A stretch of 63,731 nt of DNA from Candidatus Omnitrophota bacterium (GTDB taxonomy: Bacteria > Omnitrophota > Gorgyraeia > Gygaellales > JAMWDD01). This document shows positions 11,173-20,121 of this stretch, piece by piece. The stretch is taken from NCBI GenBank assembly GCA_028717645.1, contig JAQUNK010000005.1, positions 1-63,731 of the forward strand. Direction: 5' to 3'. Within the stretch, counting starts at the first letter, position 1, and each line of letters starts with the position of its first letter. The notes under the pieces were generated by a model. The model saw nothing but the letters and a program-made list of their open reading frames with translations. It was not told the origin of the DNA and made no database searches. The position numbers and the translations under genes are program-made.

Positions 11173-12402
11173 ATGACGCATAAAGCAGAAGTTGTTCCAC
11201 CCGAACAAAGTTTCTACGGATTAGGCATTGCCCCGAAGATCCTGGAGATCCTTGAACGCATAAAATTCAAGTCGCCCACACCTATTCAGATAAAAGCTAT
11301 TCCTTTAGCTATCCAGGGCAAAGATGTCATCGGTATTGCCCAGACCGGCACAGGCAAAACTCATGCCTTTGCCATACCTATGGTACAACGCCTGGCGCAA
11401 AAAAAAGGGATGGCCCTGGTCCTTGCGCCTACCCGCGAATTAGCTATCCAGATCGATGAAGCTTTCCAGGGCTTAACCCATCCGTTCGGGATGACTACCG
11501 CCTGCCTTATCGGAGGCGCACCCATGCAGCCGCAAATACAGGCGCTGCGCAAAAACCCGCGCGTGATAATTGCCACTCCGGGTAGGTTGATCGATCATAT
11601 GAGCCAGTGGAATGTTATGCTGGATGAAGCAACCATGTTGGTGCTGGACGAGGCAGACCGTATGCTGGATATGGGTTTTGCCCCGCAGATAGAGAAGATC
11701 TTACGTTTTATGCCCAAAGACAGGCAGACCATGCTTTTTTCCGCGACCATACCCAAGGAAATCATGGAGATGGCCGCCCGGCATATGAAACTTCCTGTTT
11801 CCGTAGAGATCGCACCTTCCGGCACGACCGCCGAACACGTGACCCAGGAATTATTTATCGTTAAAAAAGAATCCAAGCTGCAGCTCCTTAAGAAACTACT
11901 TGCGCAATATCAGGGAACAATACTTTTATTTTCCCGCACCAAGTATAATGCCGGAAAGATCGCCCGCTCGATCCGGGATATGGGTTATAGCGCATCCGAG
12001 ATACATTCCAATCGTTCCCTGAACCAGCGCCGGGAAGCATTGGAAGGTTTTAAATCCGGGAAATACAGGATACTGGTAGCTACTGATATCGCAGCACGAG
12101 GGATTGATGTTTCACGAATCGAACTGGTAATTAATTACGACCTACCCGAAGACGCCGAGAATTACGTACATCGTATCGGCCGCACGGCCAGGGCCGGCCG
12201 CCAAGGCCATGCGATTTCTTTTGCTACTCCTGACCAGAGCCGCGATGTGCGCGATATCGAAAAAATCATTCATATAAAACTGCCTGTTTCAAAACACCCG
12301 CAAATACCCTCAGAACAGTTTAATGAAAATGCGCCTCAGCCTCGGCATCAAGGTAAGCATTTCAGGCGCGGCCCAAGCCACAACAGATACCGCAAGTTCT
12401 GA
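11173..12402 (+). CDS. DEAD-box ATP-dependent RNA helicase (RhlE-like) with basic tail
   Basis: AQTGTGKT, PTRELA, DEAD, SAT and HRIGRTARAG motifs are all present. Confidence 0.9.
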   Translation: MTHKAEVVPPEQSFYGLGIAPKILEILERIKFKSPTPIQIKAIPLAIQGKDVIGIAQTGTGKTHAFAIPMVQRLAQKKGMALVLAPTRELAIQIDEAFQGLTHPFGMTTACLIGGAPMQPQIQALRKNPRVIIATPGRLIDHMSQWNVMLDEATMLVLDEADRMLDMGFAPQIEKILRFMPKDRQTMLFSATIPKEIMEMAARHMKLPVSVEIAPSGTTAEHVTQELFIVKKESKLQLLKKLLAQYQGTILLFSRTKYNAGKIARSIRDMGYSASEIHSNRSLNQRREALEGFKSGKYRILVATDIAARGIDVSRIELVINYDLPEDAENYVHRIGRTARAGRQGHAISFATPDQSRDVRDIEKIIHIKLPVSKHPQIPSEQFNENAPQPRHQGKHFRRGPSHNRYRKF

Positions 12403-12446
12403 TGTAGCTGGTACGAATAAACTTCGTTTTACTATTACACTTAATA

Positions 12447-12455
12447 TGCTATAAT
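12447..12455 (+). promoter_or_regulatory. Extended -10 element (TGCTATAAT) upstream of the Cache-domain gene
   Basis: Exact TGnTATAAT about 48 nt upstream of the ATG at 12503. Weak -35 (TTTTAC). Confidence 0.35.
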
Positions 12456-12502
12456 ATTGAAAATTTGTGCTAAGTATAACTAACCGGTAGTCTATATAAA
12501 AA

Positions 12503-13666
12503 ATGCAACGGATCAAGAAAAAACAATTAAAGCAGATACTCCTTACAGCAGCTTTCCTTTTGGTGAGCATCCTCGTTTTGGGGGTCGTAGGCTATACGGC
12601 GTGGCTTAATCATATCGATTTTGAAAAAGCGATGATCAGGCAGACCATGTCGCAGCTTTCGCTGATCACCGAATCAGAGGCGCAAAGCGTGGAACAATAC
12701 ATCACCAATATAGCAAAAGAGCTCCAGCTTATGTCTACAAGCTTTGCCGTACGCAAAGTTGTCAAAGAACAGCCGACCGTGCTTAGGGAAGATTTGAAGT
12801 ATTACGCTTCTTTGAAAGACAGCTACAGGGATATCGAGAATCTGGTAGATTCGTTTTATCTCATCGACAAGCAAGGTACGGCCTGGAATATGTTTTCTCC
12901 TGATTCGACAAATCAGTTTCAGGACTTTTCGCACTTTTCCGATGTAGCAACTGTTTTAAAAAATCAAGAAGCGTTTGTCAGCAGTGTATTTAAGGATGGC
13001 GATGGTCACCAAGTCCTATCCCTGGTTCAGCCGGTTTTCGATAACCAGGAATTTTTGGGCGGCTTACGCACCTTAATTTCCATAGAACGGCTTAATTCTT
13101 TATTTAAACACATCAATAATGAAAATAGATACTACGCCCTGTTAATGGATAATAATACTACGGTATTGAGCTCACAGGAGAAGCAATACATCGGGACGAA
13201 TATCTCTAAATTCTTAAGCGAGAACCTGGTTAAACAAAACCCGCAGATGGTGAGCGAAATAATACAAAAGATCAACCGCGGAGAAAAAGGTTCTTTTATC
13301 GACACCTTTTACATAAAAGCAGGGGAGAAAGCAAAGGCAAGGTTTCTCGTGACGTTTGCGCCCATACATGTCGGAAGCAAGAACTGGTGCTTATTTGTCG
13401 GGTTGAATTACAACATTATTGCAGCACCGATCAATAAAAACCTCAGAGATAATGTTATCTCTGCGATCGCCCTGATGATAATCTTTTCGTTCCTGGGTAT
13501 TGGGTTTTACATCACAAAACAACAGAGCATTAAATTTGAAATAGCGCAGATAACCTCGGATATTATCACCAAGCAACTGCACATGGAAATCGCGCAACGT
13601 AAAGAGCTGGAAAAAGAACTTAAAGAAAAATTAAAGCTCAAGAACCTGCCCGAATCACAGGCTTAA
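12503..13666 (+). CDS. Membrane protein with periplasmic Cache-like sensor domain, second TM and short coiled-coil tail; no recognisable output domain
   Basis: TM1 (LLTAAFLLVSILVLGVVGY), about 290-aa extracytoplasmic region with Cache-like pattern, TM2 (ISAIALMIIFSFLGIGFYI), then about 50 charged residues (QRKELEKELKEKLK). Confidence 0.55.
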   Translation: MQRIKKKQLKQILLTAAFLLVSILVLGVVGYTAWLNHIDFEKAMIRQTMSQLSLITESEAQSVEQYITNIAKELQLMSTSFAVRKVVKEQPTVLREDLKYYASLKDSYRDIENLVDSFYLIDKQGTAWNMFSPDSTNQFQDFSHFSDVATVLKNQEAFVSSVFKDGDGHQVLSLVQPVFDNQEFLGGLRTLISIERLNSLFKHINNENRYYALLMDNNTTVLSSQEKQYIGTNISKFLSENLVKQNPQMVSEIIQKINRGEKGSFIDTFYIKAGEKAKARFLVTFAPIHVGSKNWCLFVGLNYNIIAAPINKNLRDNVISAIALMIIFSFLGIGFYITKQQSIKFEIAQITSDIITKQLHMEIAQRKELEKELKEKLKLKNLPESQA

Positions 13667-13709
13667 GATAACCCCCCTTACAAAATACTCCCTATTTTAA
13701 AAATTATCC

Positions 13710-13739
13710 TTGACATACCCCTGGGGGGTATGCTATAAT
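13710..13739 (+). promoter_or_regulatory. Consensus promoter with embedded CsoR-type operator palindrome
   Basis: TTGACA (13710-13715), 18 nt, TATAAT (13734-13739) with a TG extension. The spacer holds CATACCCC-TGG-GGGGTATG (13714-13732), a perfect 8+8 inverted repeat. Confidence 0.7.
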
Positions 13740-13763
13740 TTAAGTAACTGAAAGGAGCAGCTT

Positions 13764-14045
13764 ATGAAAAAATATCCCAACCATACAGGCAATCTTGTAG
13801 CACTTAGAAGGATAGAAGGGCAAGTACGTGGCATACAAAAAATGGTTGGAAATGGGCAATATTGCATTAACATCCTCAACCAGATACGCGCGGTTATGCA
13901 TGCCCTGGCTAGAGTAGAGGATAAAATTTTAGAAAAGCATTTTGAGGGTTGCGTTACTAGCGCAATGAGGGGTAAATCTCTATTAGAAAAGAAACATAAA
14001 CTATCGGAGATCATCAAACTAATTCATCAATTCAGGAAGATTTAA
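13764..14045 (+). CDS. csoR: CsoR/RcnR-family metal-sensing transcriptional repressor (CsoR-like x-C-H-C fingerprint)
   Basis: 93 aa. LRRIEGQVRGIQKM helix, Y33-C34, H59 and C63 spaced as Cu(I) ligands C36/H61/C65 of characterised CsoR. Confidence 0.85.
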   Translation: MKKYPNHTGNLVALRRIEGQVRGIQKMVGNGQYCINILNQIRAVMHALARVEDKILEKHFEGCVTSAMRGKSLLEKKHKLSEIIKLIHQFRKI

Positions 14046-14047
14046 TA

Positions 14048-15091
14048 ATGGTGCTGTTTAAAACAAGCCAGACGAGATCATTGCTTTTATATTCTGTAAG
14101 TATAATAATTTTACTGACATTTTTCTTAAAGGTTAACGCTGCAGCCAGCGAATCCCTTTTCTATAAAGAAATAAACTTAATAGGCGGATATTCTAACATA
14201 GACCATTGGGTAGGCAAGAGCTCTACCCTGGCGAATTCCATCGGATTTGAGTATTACAAGAAATTTAGCAATGAGTATGGAGATTATATGACCGGAGATT
14301 TACAGATGCGCGCTTCTTATGACAGCAAAAAAAATTCCCATGAGGCCTGGGGGCTGGAAATACACAATGCCTGGTTAGAATACAAGCTGGGTTATGTAAC
14401 AAAAATCAGAGCCGGGCACTTTGATCCGTCTTTTGGCCTTGAACCCGTGCTTGATACCCACGGGACAATTCTTCAGACATTGGCAATGAATGATATTGGA
14501 TTCACTAAGGACTGGGGGATTTCTCTAAGGGGTTCGTTGCCCAAGTTTGACTACGAATCTTCTCTGCAGCTGGGTTCCGGCATGAGCATACGTAGAAAAG
14601 ACGGAAGTTTCCTTGCTACTACCAGAATTGGCTCGCCATCAAGTGAAAATTTACAATACGGCTTTTCCTTGCTTTATGGAAAGGTTCTAGAGACAGATGG
14701 CATGCGCACATTCCCGAAAAATGAACTTTTATCCGATGAGGCCACCGATAAAAAAAGAGTAGGCATAGATGGACAGTATCTTTTTGGACCGTATTTATTT
14801 AAAGGGGAGGTTGCTTACGGAACGAACGATAAAGATCGTGTTCTGGGGTATCTAACTGAGATAGATTATACGTTGCCTAAATATCAAAATTGTCAATTTG
14901 AGCTCCAATTTCAGTCCTGGATCAACGATTTAAACGAGAGCTCTTCTGATCTTTCCACCCTGACGGCAGGCGTGTCTTATAAATTGACCCAGAATAAAAC
15001 ATTACGCGCAACATTCTCGCACGATTTTAGTAATGACGGAGAAAAAGAGGAAGATAAGTTTTTGCTCCAATTTTATTATTTTGGATTATAG
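14048..15091 (+). CDS. Predicted outer-membrane porin-like beta-barrel protein
   Basis: 347 aa. Signal peptide ending ...KVNAAAS, many short alternating Y/G-rich strands, C-terminal ...LLQFYYFGL. 2 nt after the csoR stop. Confidence 0.5.
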   Translation: MVLFKTSQTRSLLLYSVSIIILLTFFLKVNAAASESLFYKEINLIGGYSNIDHWVGKSSTLANSIGFEYYKKFSNEYGDYMTGDLQMRASYDSKKNSHEAWGLEIHNAWLEYKLGYVTKIRAGHFDPSFGLEPVLDTHGTILQTLAMNDIGFTKDWGISLRGSLPKFDYESSLQLGSGMSIRRKDGSFLATTRIGSPSSENLQYGFSLLYGKVLETDGMRTFPKNELLSDEATDKKRVGIDGQYLFGPYLFKGEVAYGTNDKDRVLGYLTEIDYTLPKYQNCQFELQFQSWINDLNESSSDLSTLTAGVSYKLTQNKTLRATFSHDFSNDGEKEEDKFLLQFYYFGL

Positions 15092-15100
15092 GGAGGACTG

Positions 15101-15697
15101 ATGAAAAAAATTATTTTCGTCATGTTTATCTTGTTATATAGCTTTTCTTCATATGCCTTTGCAGCAGTGGGATGCACATTGAATGACCCGGACCGCGATG
15201 TAAAAAGGCTTTTTCCGGAATCCACCGGCTACCGGACCGATTTTATATCTATCAAAGAAATAGGGGGCGAGACATTATTCCAAAAGATAGAACAAGAATT
15301 AGGCGATAAGCTGGACACGGTGTATGAAACTATTGATGTGCCGTATTCTTTTTATGGTGTATTAAAAGGCAAAGAAGTAATTGGGCAGATCCATGGCGTA
15401 AACCAGAAAGGTAAATACGGAGGCATGCAGCTTATTTTGGCTACGAATTTAGAGGGCAAGGTTTTAAATTTCTATTACCAGAAGATGTCTTCGCCAGAAG
15501 CCTCGAAATTTATGGATAAAAACTTTACTAGGCAGTTTATCGGTCTTACGTTAGAGGATTTTTTAAAAGGTAATCTTAAAATAAGCGACCCCAGTAAAGC
15601 AAACCATGAAGACTTTTTGGCCACCTTGCGCGGTTTGAAGAAAAATCTGATACTTCTTAAAGAACTTAAATTAAATTCAGAATCTCAAAGTAAATAA
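15101..15697 (+). CDS. Predicted lipoprotein with weak FMN_bind-like core (function unknown)
   Basis: Lipobox AFAAVG-C. GKYGGMQLILATNLEGKVLNFYYQ resembles the GYGG...dG.I core of FMN-binding domains, but no SGAT flavinylation motif is seen. Confidence 0.4.
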   Translation: MKKIIFVMFILLYSFSSYAFAAVGCTLNDPDRDVKRLFPESTGYRTDFISIKEIGGETLFQKIEQELGDKLDTVYETIDVPYSFYGVLKGKEVIGQIHGVNQKGKYGGMQLILATNLEGKVLNFYYQKMSSPEASKFMDKNFTRQFIGLTLEDFLKGNLKISDPSKANHEDFLATLRGLKKNLILLKELKLNSESQSK

Positions 15698-15710
15698 AGG
15701 AGGTAATTAA

Positions 15711-16085
15711 ATGAAAACGATTATTATTTTTCTATTGAGCATAACAATAATCCTAACAACGATTTCTATATTTGGGCAGGCGTACGCTGAAAAAGGGTTC
15801 GGCCAACCAATCACTGAGCAGATGGTTACGCCTATTGGCAAAATATTGGCTAACCCCGGGCAATTTGCAGGTAAAATAGTTAAGATTGAGGGTAAAATCA
15901 CTGATGAATGCCCTGCAGGAGGATGGTTCCTCTTGAAAGACCAGACCGGAGTTATCTATGTAGATTTGCATTCATCATATTTTGCCATTCCCCAAATTAG
16001 GGGCAAGCAGGTAATTGCACAGGGAGTGGTAAAAAAAGAAGGTTCTCAGATAGAAATAATCGGGGAAGGAGTACGGTTAAAATGA
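15711..16085 (+). CDS. Small periplasmic OB-fold-like protein (DUF4920-like)
   Basis: Signal peptide. GKIVKIEGKITDECPAGGWFLLKDQTGVIYVDLHSSYFAIPQIRGKQVIAQG resembles the DUF4920 pattern as I recall it. Confidence 0.4.
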   Translation: MKTIIIFLLSITIILTTISIFGQAYAEKGFGQPITEQMVTPIGKILANPGQFAGKIVKIEGKITDECPAGGWFLLKDQTGVIYVDLHSSYFAIPQIRGKQVIAQGVVKKEGSQIEIIGEGVRLK

Positions 16086-17266
16086 AAGCAATAAATATCG
16101 CTTTTAAGAATTTAAGCAGAAAAAAAATCCGTACTGCCCTTACCGTAGGAGCCGTAGCGATTGCAGTAGCAGTATTAGTAAGCCTTATGGGTTTTGATGC
16201 CGGCTATCAGCGTGGTCTCAACAATGATATTAACAAGCTCGGCTACCATCTCCTGGTTACTGCTAAGGGTTGTCCTTACGAAGCAGCGACCTTGATGCTT
16301 AAAGGCGGAGGGGGCTTACGTTATATGAAAGAAGATATCTATGAGCGTATTGTTAAAGATCCGCGCATTGATAAAATTACGCCGCAATTAGTCTCAACCG
16401 CTTATAATCAAGAGGGCCCGGGAGGCCGTGGCGCGTTCTCTTTGTATATGGGAATAGAAAAATCTTACCTGGAGCTTAAGCCTTGGTCAAAATTTAAATC
16501 CGGAGGATGGTTTTCCGGTAATAACGCTGATGAGGCAATCATGGGCTATGAGGCAGCAGAAGCTGAGCAGCGCTCTGTGGGAGATAAAATTTTTGTCCCC
16601 GGTATAGAAAAGGTTTTGACCGTGGTCGGCATCTTTGAACGTAACGGCACCCAGGATGACGGGATAATCTTTACACCACTGGCCACAGCCCAAAGGATCT
16701 TCGATTTACCAGGTAAGCTTACCGGCATAGGTATTAAGTTAAAAGATATCCGCAGCATAGCGAAGTTTGAGGAAGACCTATATAATGAACCGGGAATTCA
16801 GGTAATCAGCCTTGCGCAGGTGCGCGGAACCATCTTGAATTTAATCTCTTCGGCCCGGGCAATGGCTAGCTCGATTGCGTTGATTGCCATATTCATTGCG
16901 GTTATCGGAGTTACAAATACAATTCTTATGTCAGTTTTTGAACGCACGCGCGAAATTGGGGTAATGAAAGCGCTGGGCGCTTCTGCCATGGATATCTTTA
17001 AGATCATCTGGATGGAAACTACACTCGTTTGTGTATTCGGGGGGATTTTCGGCGTGGCATTGGCAGCCGTGGGAAGTACCATTGTTGAACATATTATCAG
17101 ACAGGTTTTACCTTACACGCCTGCAGGTAAATTAGTGCTTATCAAGCCGGCACTGCTTGTGCTTTCGTTTGTGGCCACCGTGATTATGGGTTTGATCGCT
17201 GGAACGTACCCAGCCCTGAGGGCGTCGCTCATGAAACCTATTGAAGCCATACGCTCAGGAGAGTAA
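16082..17266 (+). CDS. ABC transporter permease, FtsX/MacB-LolC type with large periplasmic domain
   Basis: 394 aa. N-terminal IAFKNLSRKKIRTALTV, about 220-aa periplasmic insert, C-terminal FtsX TMs with ERTREIGVMKALGAS. ATGA overlap with the upstream gene. Confidence 0.85.
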   Translation: MKAINIAFKNLSRKKIRTALTVGAVAIAVAVLVSLMGFDAGYQRGLNNDINKLGYHLLVTAKGCPYEAATLMLKGGGGLRYMKEDIYERIVKDPRIDKITPQLVSTAYNQEGPGGRGAFSLYMGIEKSYLELKPWSKFKSGGWFSGNNADEAIMGYEAAEAEQRSVGDKIFVPGIEKVLTVVGIFERNGTQDDGIIFTPLATAQRIFDLPGKLTGIGIKLKDIRSIAKFEEDLYNEPGIQVISLAQVRGTILNLISSARAMASSIALIAIFIAVIGVTNTILMSVFERTREIGVMKALGASAMDIFKIIWMETTLVCVFGGIFGVALAAVGSTIVEHIIRQVLPYTPAGKLVLIKPALLVLSFVATVIMGLIAGTYPALRASLMKPIEAIRSGE

Positions 17267-17268
17267 AA

Positions 17269-17964
17269 ATGAAAGAATGCATTATCAAAACAGAAAAATT
17301 AACTAAGGTTTACAAATTGCCTGCAGAGCAAATCCAGGCAGTAAAAGATATAGATCTTGAAATATGCAAAAGAGATTTTATTGCCATCATGGGGCCTTCA
17401 GGCTCAGGAAAAACAACTCTCTTAGATAGCTTGGGATGTCTGGGCAAAATCACCAGCGGCAAGTTAAGCGTCATGGGAAAAAATGTCTCGCAGTCTAACG
17501 AAAGAACGCTTGTGTCTATGCGGCGCAGATTCATTAGCTTTGTGTTCCAGGATTTTTTACTTATCCCCAGCTTAACTGCGCTGGAAAATGTGGAATTACC
17601 TTTATATTTTGCCAGGGTAAAGCACGATAGACAGCGTTCAATTGATCTTTTGCAAAAGGTAGGGCTAGGCCAGCGCATAAATCATCTTCCGAAGCAGTTA
17701 TCCGGTGGAGAAAAACAGAGAGTAGCAATTGCTAGGGCGCTGGCAACATGCCCTCAGGTGCTCCTCGCTGATGAACCGACCGGAAATCTGGATACTAAAA
17801 GCTCTCAGGAAATATTTGATTTGTTCAAGAAACTTAATAAAGAAGATGGTCTGACTCTGGTTGTGACAACGCATAACCCTAAACTCGGTTCCCAGGCAAA
17901 TCGGATCATCTATCTTAAAGATGGCCGCATCGTTTCTCCGGAAGAATCAAGCTTACATATTTGA
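17269..17964 (+). CDS. ABC transporter ATP-binding protein (MacB/LolD-like)
   Basis: GPSGSGKTT, LSGGEKQRVAIARAL, LLADEPTGNLD and H-loop TTHN. Confidence 0.9.
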   Translation: MKECIIKTEKLTKVYKLPAEQIQAVKDIDLEICKRDFIAIMGPSGSGKTTLLDSLGCLGKITSGKLSVMGKNVSQSNERTLVSMRRRFISFVFQDFLLIPSLTALENVELPLYFARVKHDRQRSIDLLQKVGLGQRINHLPKQLSGGEKQRVAIARALATCPQVLLADEPTGNLDTKSSQEIFDLFKKLNKEDGLTLVVTTHNPKLGSQANRIIYLKDGRIVSPEESSLHI

Positions 17965-17998
17965 TCAGGGCTTTTTGTAAAAAAGGAGTGGGATACTA

Positions 17999-18026
17999 TT
18001 GACAAAATAGAAACATAATCTATAAT
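17999..18026 (+). promoter_or_regulatory. Promoter driving the TPP riboswitch/thi4 transcript
   Basis: TTGACA (17999-18004), 16 nt, TATAAT (18021-18026). Confidence 0.55.
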
Positions 18027-18030
18027 AATA

Positions 18031-18128
18031 AAAACGGGGAGGCCGTGGATCCGGCCTGAGAGTTCCGCAAAATAAGCGGATGACCCTAATAACCTGATCT
18101 GGATAATGCCAGCGGAGGGAAAGGAGGT
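18031..18128 (+). promoter_or_regulatory. TPP (THI-box) riboswitch
   Basis: ACGGGGAGGCC...GGCCUGAGAG...ACCCUAAUAACCUGAUCUGGAUAAUGCCAGCGGAGGGAA matches the conserved THI element core (CUGAGA, ACCUGAUCUGGAUAAUGCCAGCG.AGGGA). Confidence 0.9.
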
Positions 18129-18141
18129 TAGTATTTATTTT

Positions 18142-18172
18142 ACCCTTATGCGGTTGGCATAAGGGTTTTTTG
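18142..18172 (+). terminator. Intrinsic terminator forming the riboswitch expression platform
   Basis: ACCCTTATGC-GGTTG-GCATAAGGGT followed by TTTTTTG. Confidence 0.8.
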
Positions 18173-18228
18173 TTGCAGGAAGCAACACACCCGCGCAATT
18201 CCGATTAGCGCGGGGTGTAGGGAAGTAG

Positions 18229-19116
<888 letters not shown>

Positions 19117-19153
19117 ACTATTTGTAGAATCCCTTTTAATTTAAAAAAGGAAG

Positions 19154-19162
19154 TGCTATAAT
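19154..19162 (+). promoter_or_regulatory. Extended -10 element (TGCTATAAT) upstream of the 19203 gene
   Basis: Exact TGnTATAAT about 40 nt upstream of the ATG. AGGAGG RBS at 19194-19199. Confidence 0.35.
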
Positions 19163-19202
19163 TGGGCAAAAGCATATATCCTTATGCTAAAAAGGAGGAA
19201 GC

Positions 19203-19661
19203 ATGAAAATACTCAGTTTGATACTTTGTTTATTACTTTGTATATGCTTAATTACTCCGGCGGTTTATGCACGTAGAGACGAAACAGCCATTACCCCTGC
19301 GCCACAACCGCCTTTGGCCGGAGATAGGTTAACTTTTAAAGGCTCGCCCTGCGATCCTACCGGTAAATGGCAAACGAACTGGGGCAAAATGAAATTGACT
19401 CAGGCAGGAGGCAAGGTAACCGGTGAATATAGCCATGACTCCGGGAAAATAGAAGGAACTATTTCCAGGAATTCGTTTTCTGGCCGCTGGTCAGAATCCC
19501 CTACATATCAAGAGCCTAAAGACGCCGGCTTAGTAGAATTGACCTTTGCGCCGGATTGCAACTCTTTTACCGGACGCTGGAGATATGGGGCCAACGGCAA
19601 CTGGTATGAAAATAACTGGACAGGAGAAAGAATAAATGCACAGCAAAAACTTCCCCAATAG
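19203..19661 (+). CDS. Secreted hypothetical protein
   Basis: Signal peptide (LLCICLITPAVYA). Internally repeated G-x-W / G-R-W strands (GKWQTNWG, FSGRWSE, FTGRWRYG). No family recognised. Confidence 0.5.
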   Translation: MKILSLILCLLLCICLITPAVYARRDETAITPAPQPPLAGDRLTFKGSPCDPTGKWQTNWGKMKLTQAGGKVTGEYSHDSGKIEGTISRNSFSGRWSESPTYQEPKDAGLVELTFAPDCNSFTGRWRYGANGNWYENNWTGERINAQQKLPQ

Positions 19662-20049
19662 GATCACAGGTTGTTTTCTTATTGCCATATCATCGGCATT
19701 GTTATTATCGACCGGATGCCGCAATACTTATGGACAAGCCGTGCAAAAAACCGCGTCAACCTCCATAGAAGTAAACCTTGGAGAAAATGCGGTAATTAGC
19801 CTCGAGGCAAACCATACAACCGGATACAGCTGGCAATTAACTGATCCTATAGACAAAGATATACTTGAACTTGTTGATTCAAAATATATCGCCAGCAATA
19901 CCGGATTGATCGGGTCAGGCGGAAAAGAGGTCTGGACTTTTAAAACCCTGAAAAAAGGCAAGACTGAAGTATCTTTAAAGTATACCCAGCCGTGGGATAA
20001 AAATACGCCGCCGGCAAAAGAAACCACATTTATAATTATCGTAAAATAA
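19636..20049 (+). CDS. Chagasin-family (I42) cysteine-peptidase inhibitor lipoprotein
   Basis: Lipobox LLSTG-C. NHTTGYSWQ, GSGGKEVWTF and KYTQPWD correspond to the three chagasin loop motifs (NPTTGY.W / G.GG / RPW). Confidence 0.75.
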   Translation: MHSKNFPNRITGCFLIAISSALLLSTGCRNTYGQAVQKTASTSIEVNLGENAVISLEANHTTGYSWQLTDPIDKDILELVDSKYIASNTGLIGSGGKEVWTFKTLKKGKTEVSLKYTQPWDKNTPPAKETTFIIIVK

Positions 20050-20065
20050 GGCAAGCAGCTATTCC

Positions 20066-20104
20066 ACTCGAGGCGTTGTATCTTTAGCGCCTCGAGTTTT
20101 TTAT
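20066..20104 (+). terminator. Rho-independent terminator between convergent genes
   Basis: ACTCGAGGCG-(11-nt loop)-CGCCTCGAGT followed by TTTTTTATTT. Confidence 0.75.
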
Positions 20105-20121
20105 TTAAGCTGTGTTTTTCT

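Noticed and set aside
14048-16085. An apparently lower-GC stretch (spot counts around 28-37% versus around 50% in neighbouring lines) considered as evidence that the CsoR operon was horizontally acquired.
   Set aside because: The estimate rests on a few hand-counted 60-nt lines only. Secreted and membrane proteins in AT-leaning genomes are often lower in GC, and the ABC genes of the same operon look normal. It needs windowed GC and codon-usage statistics before any claim.
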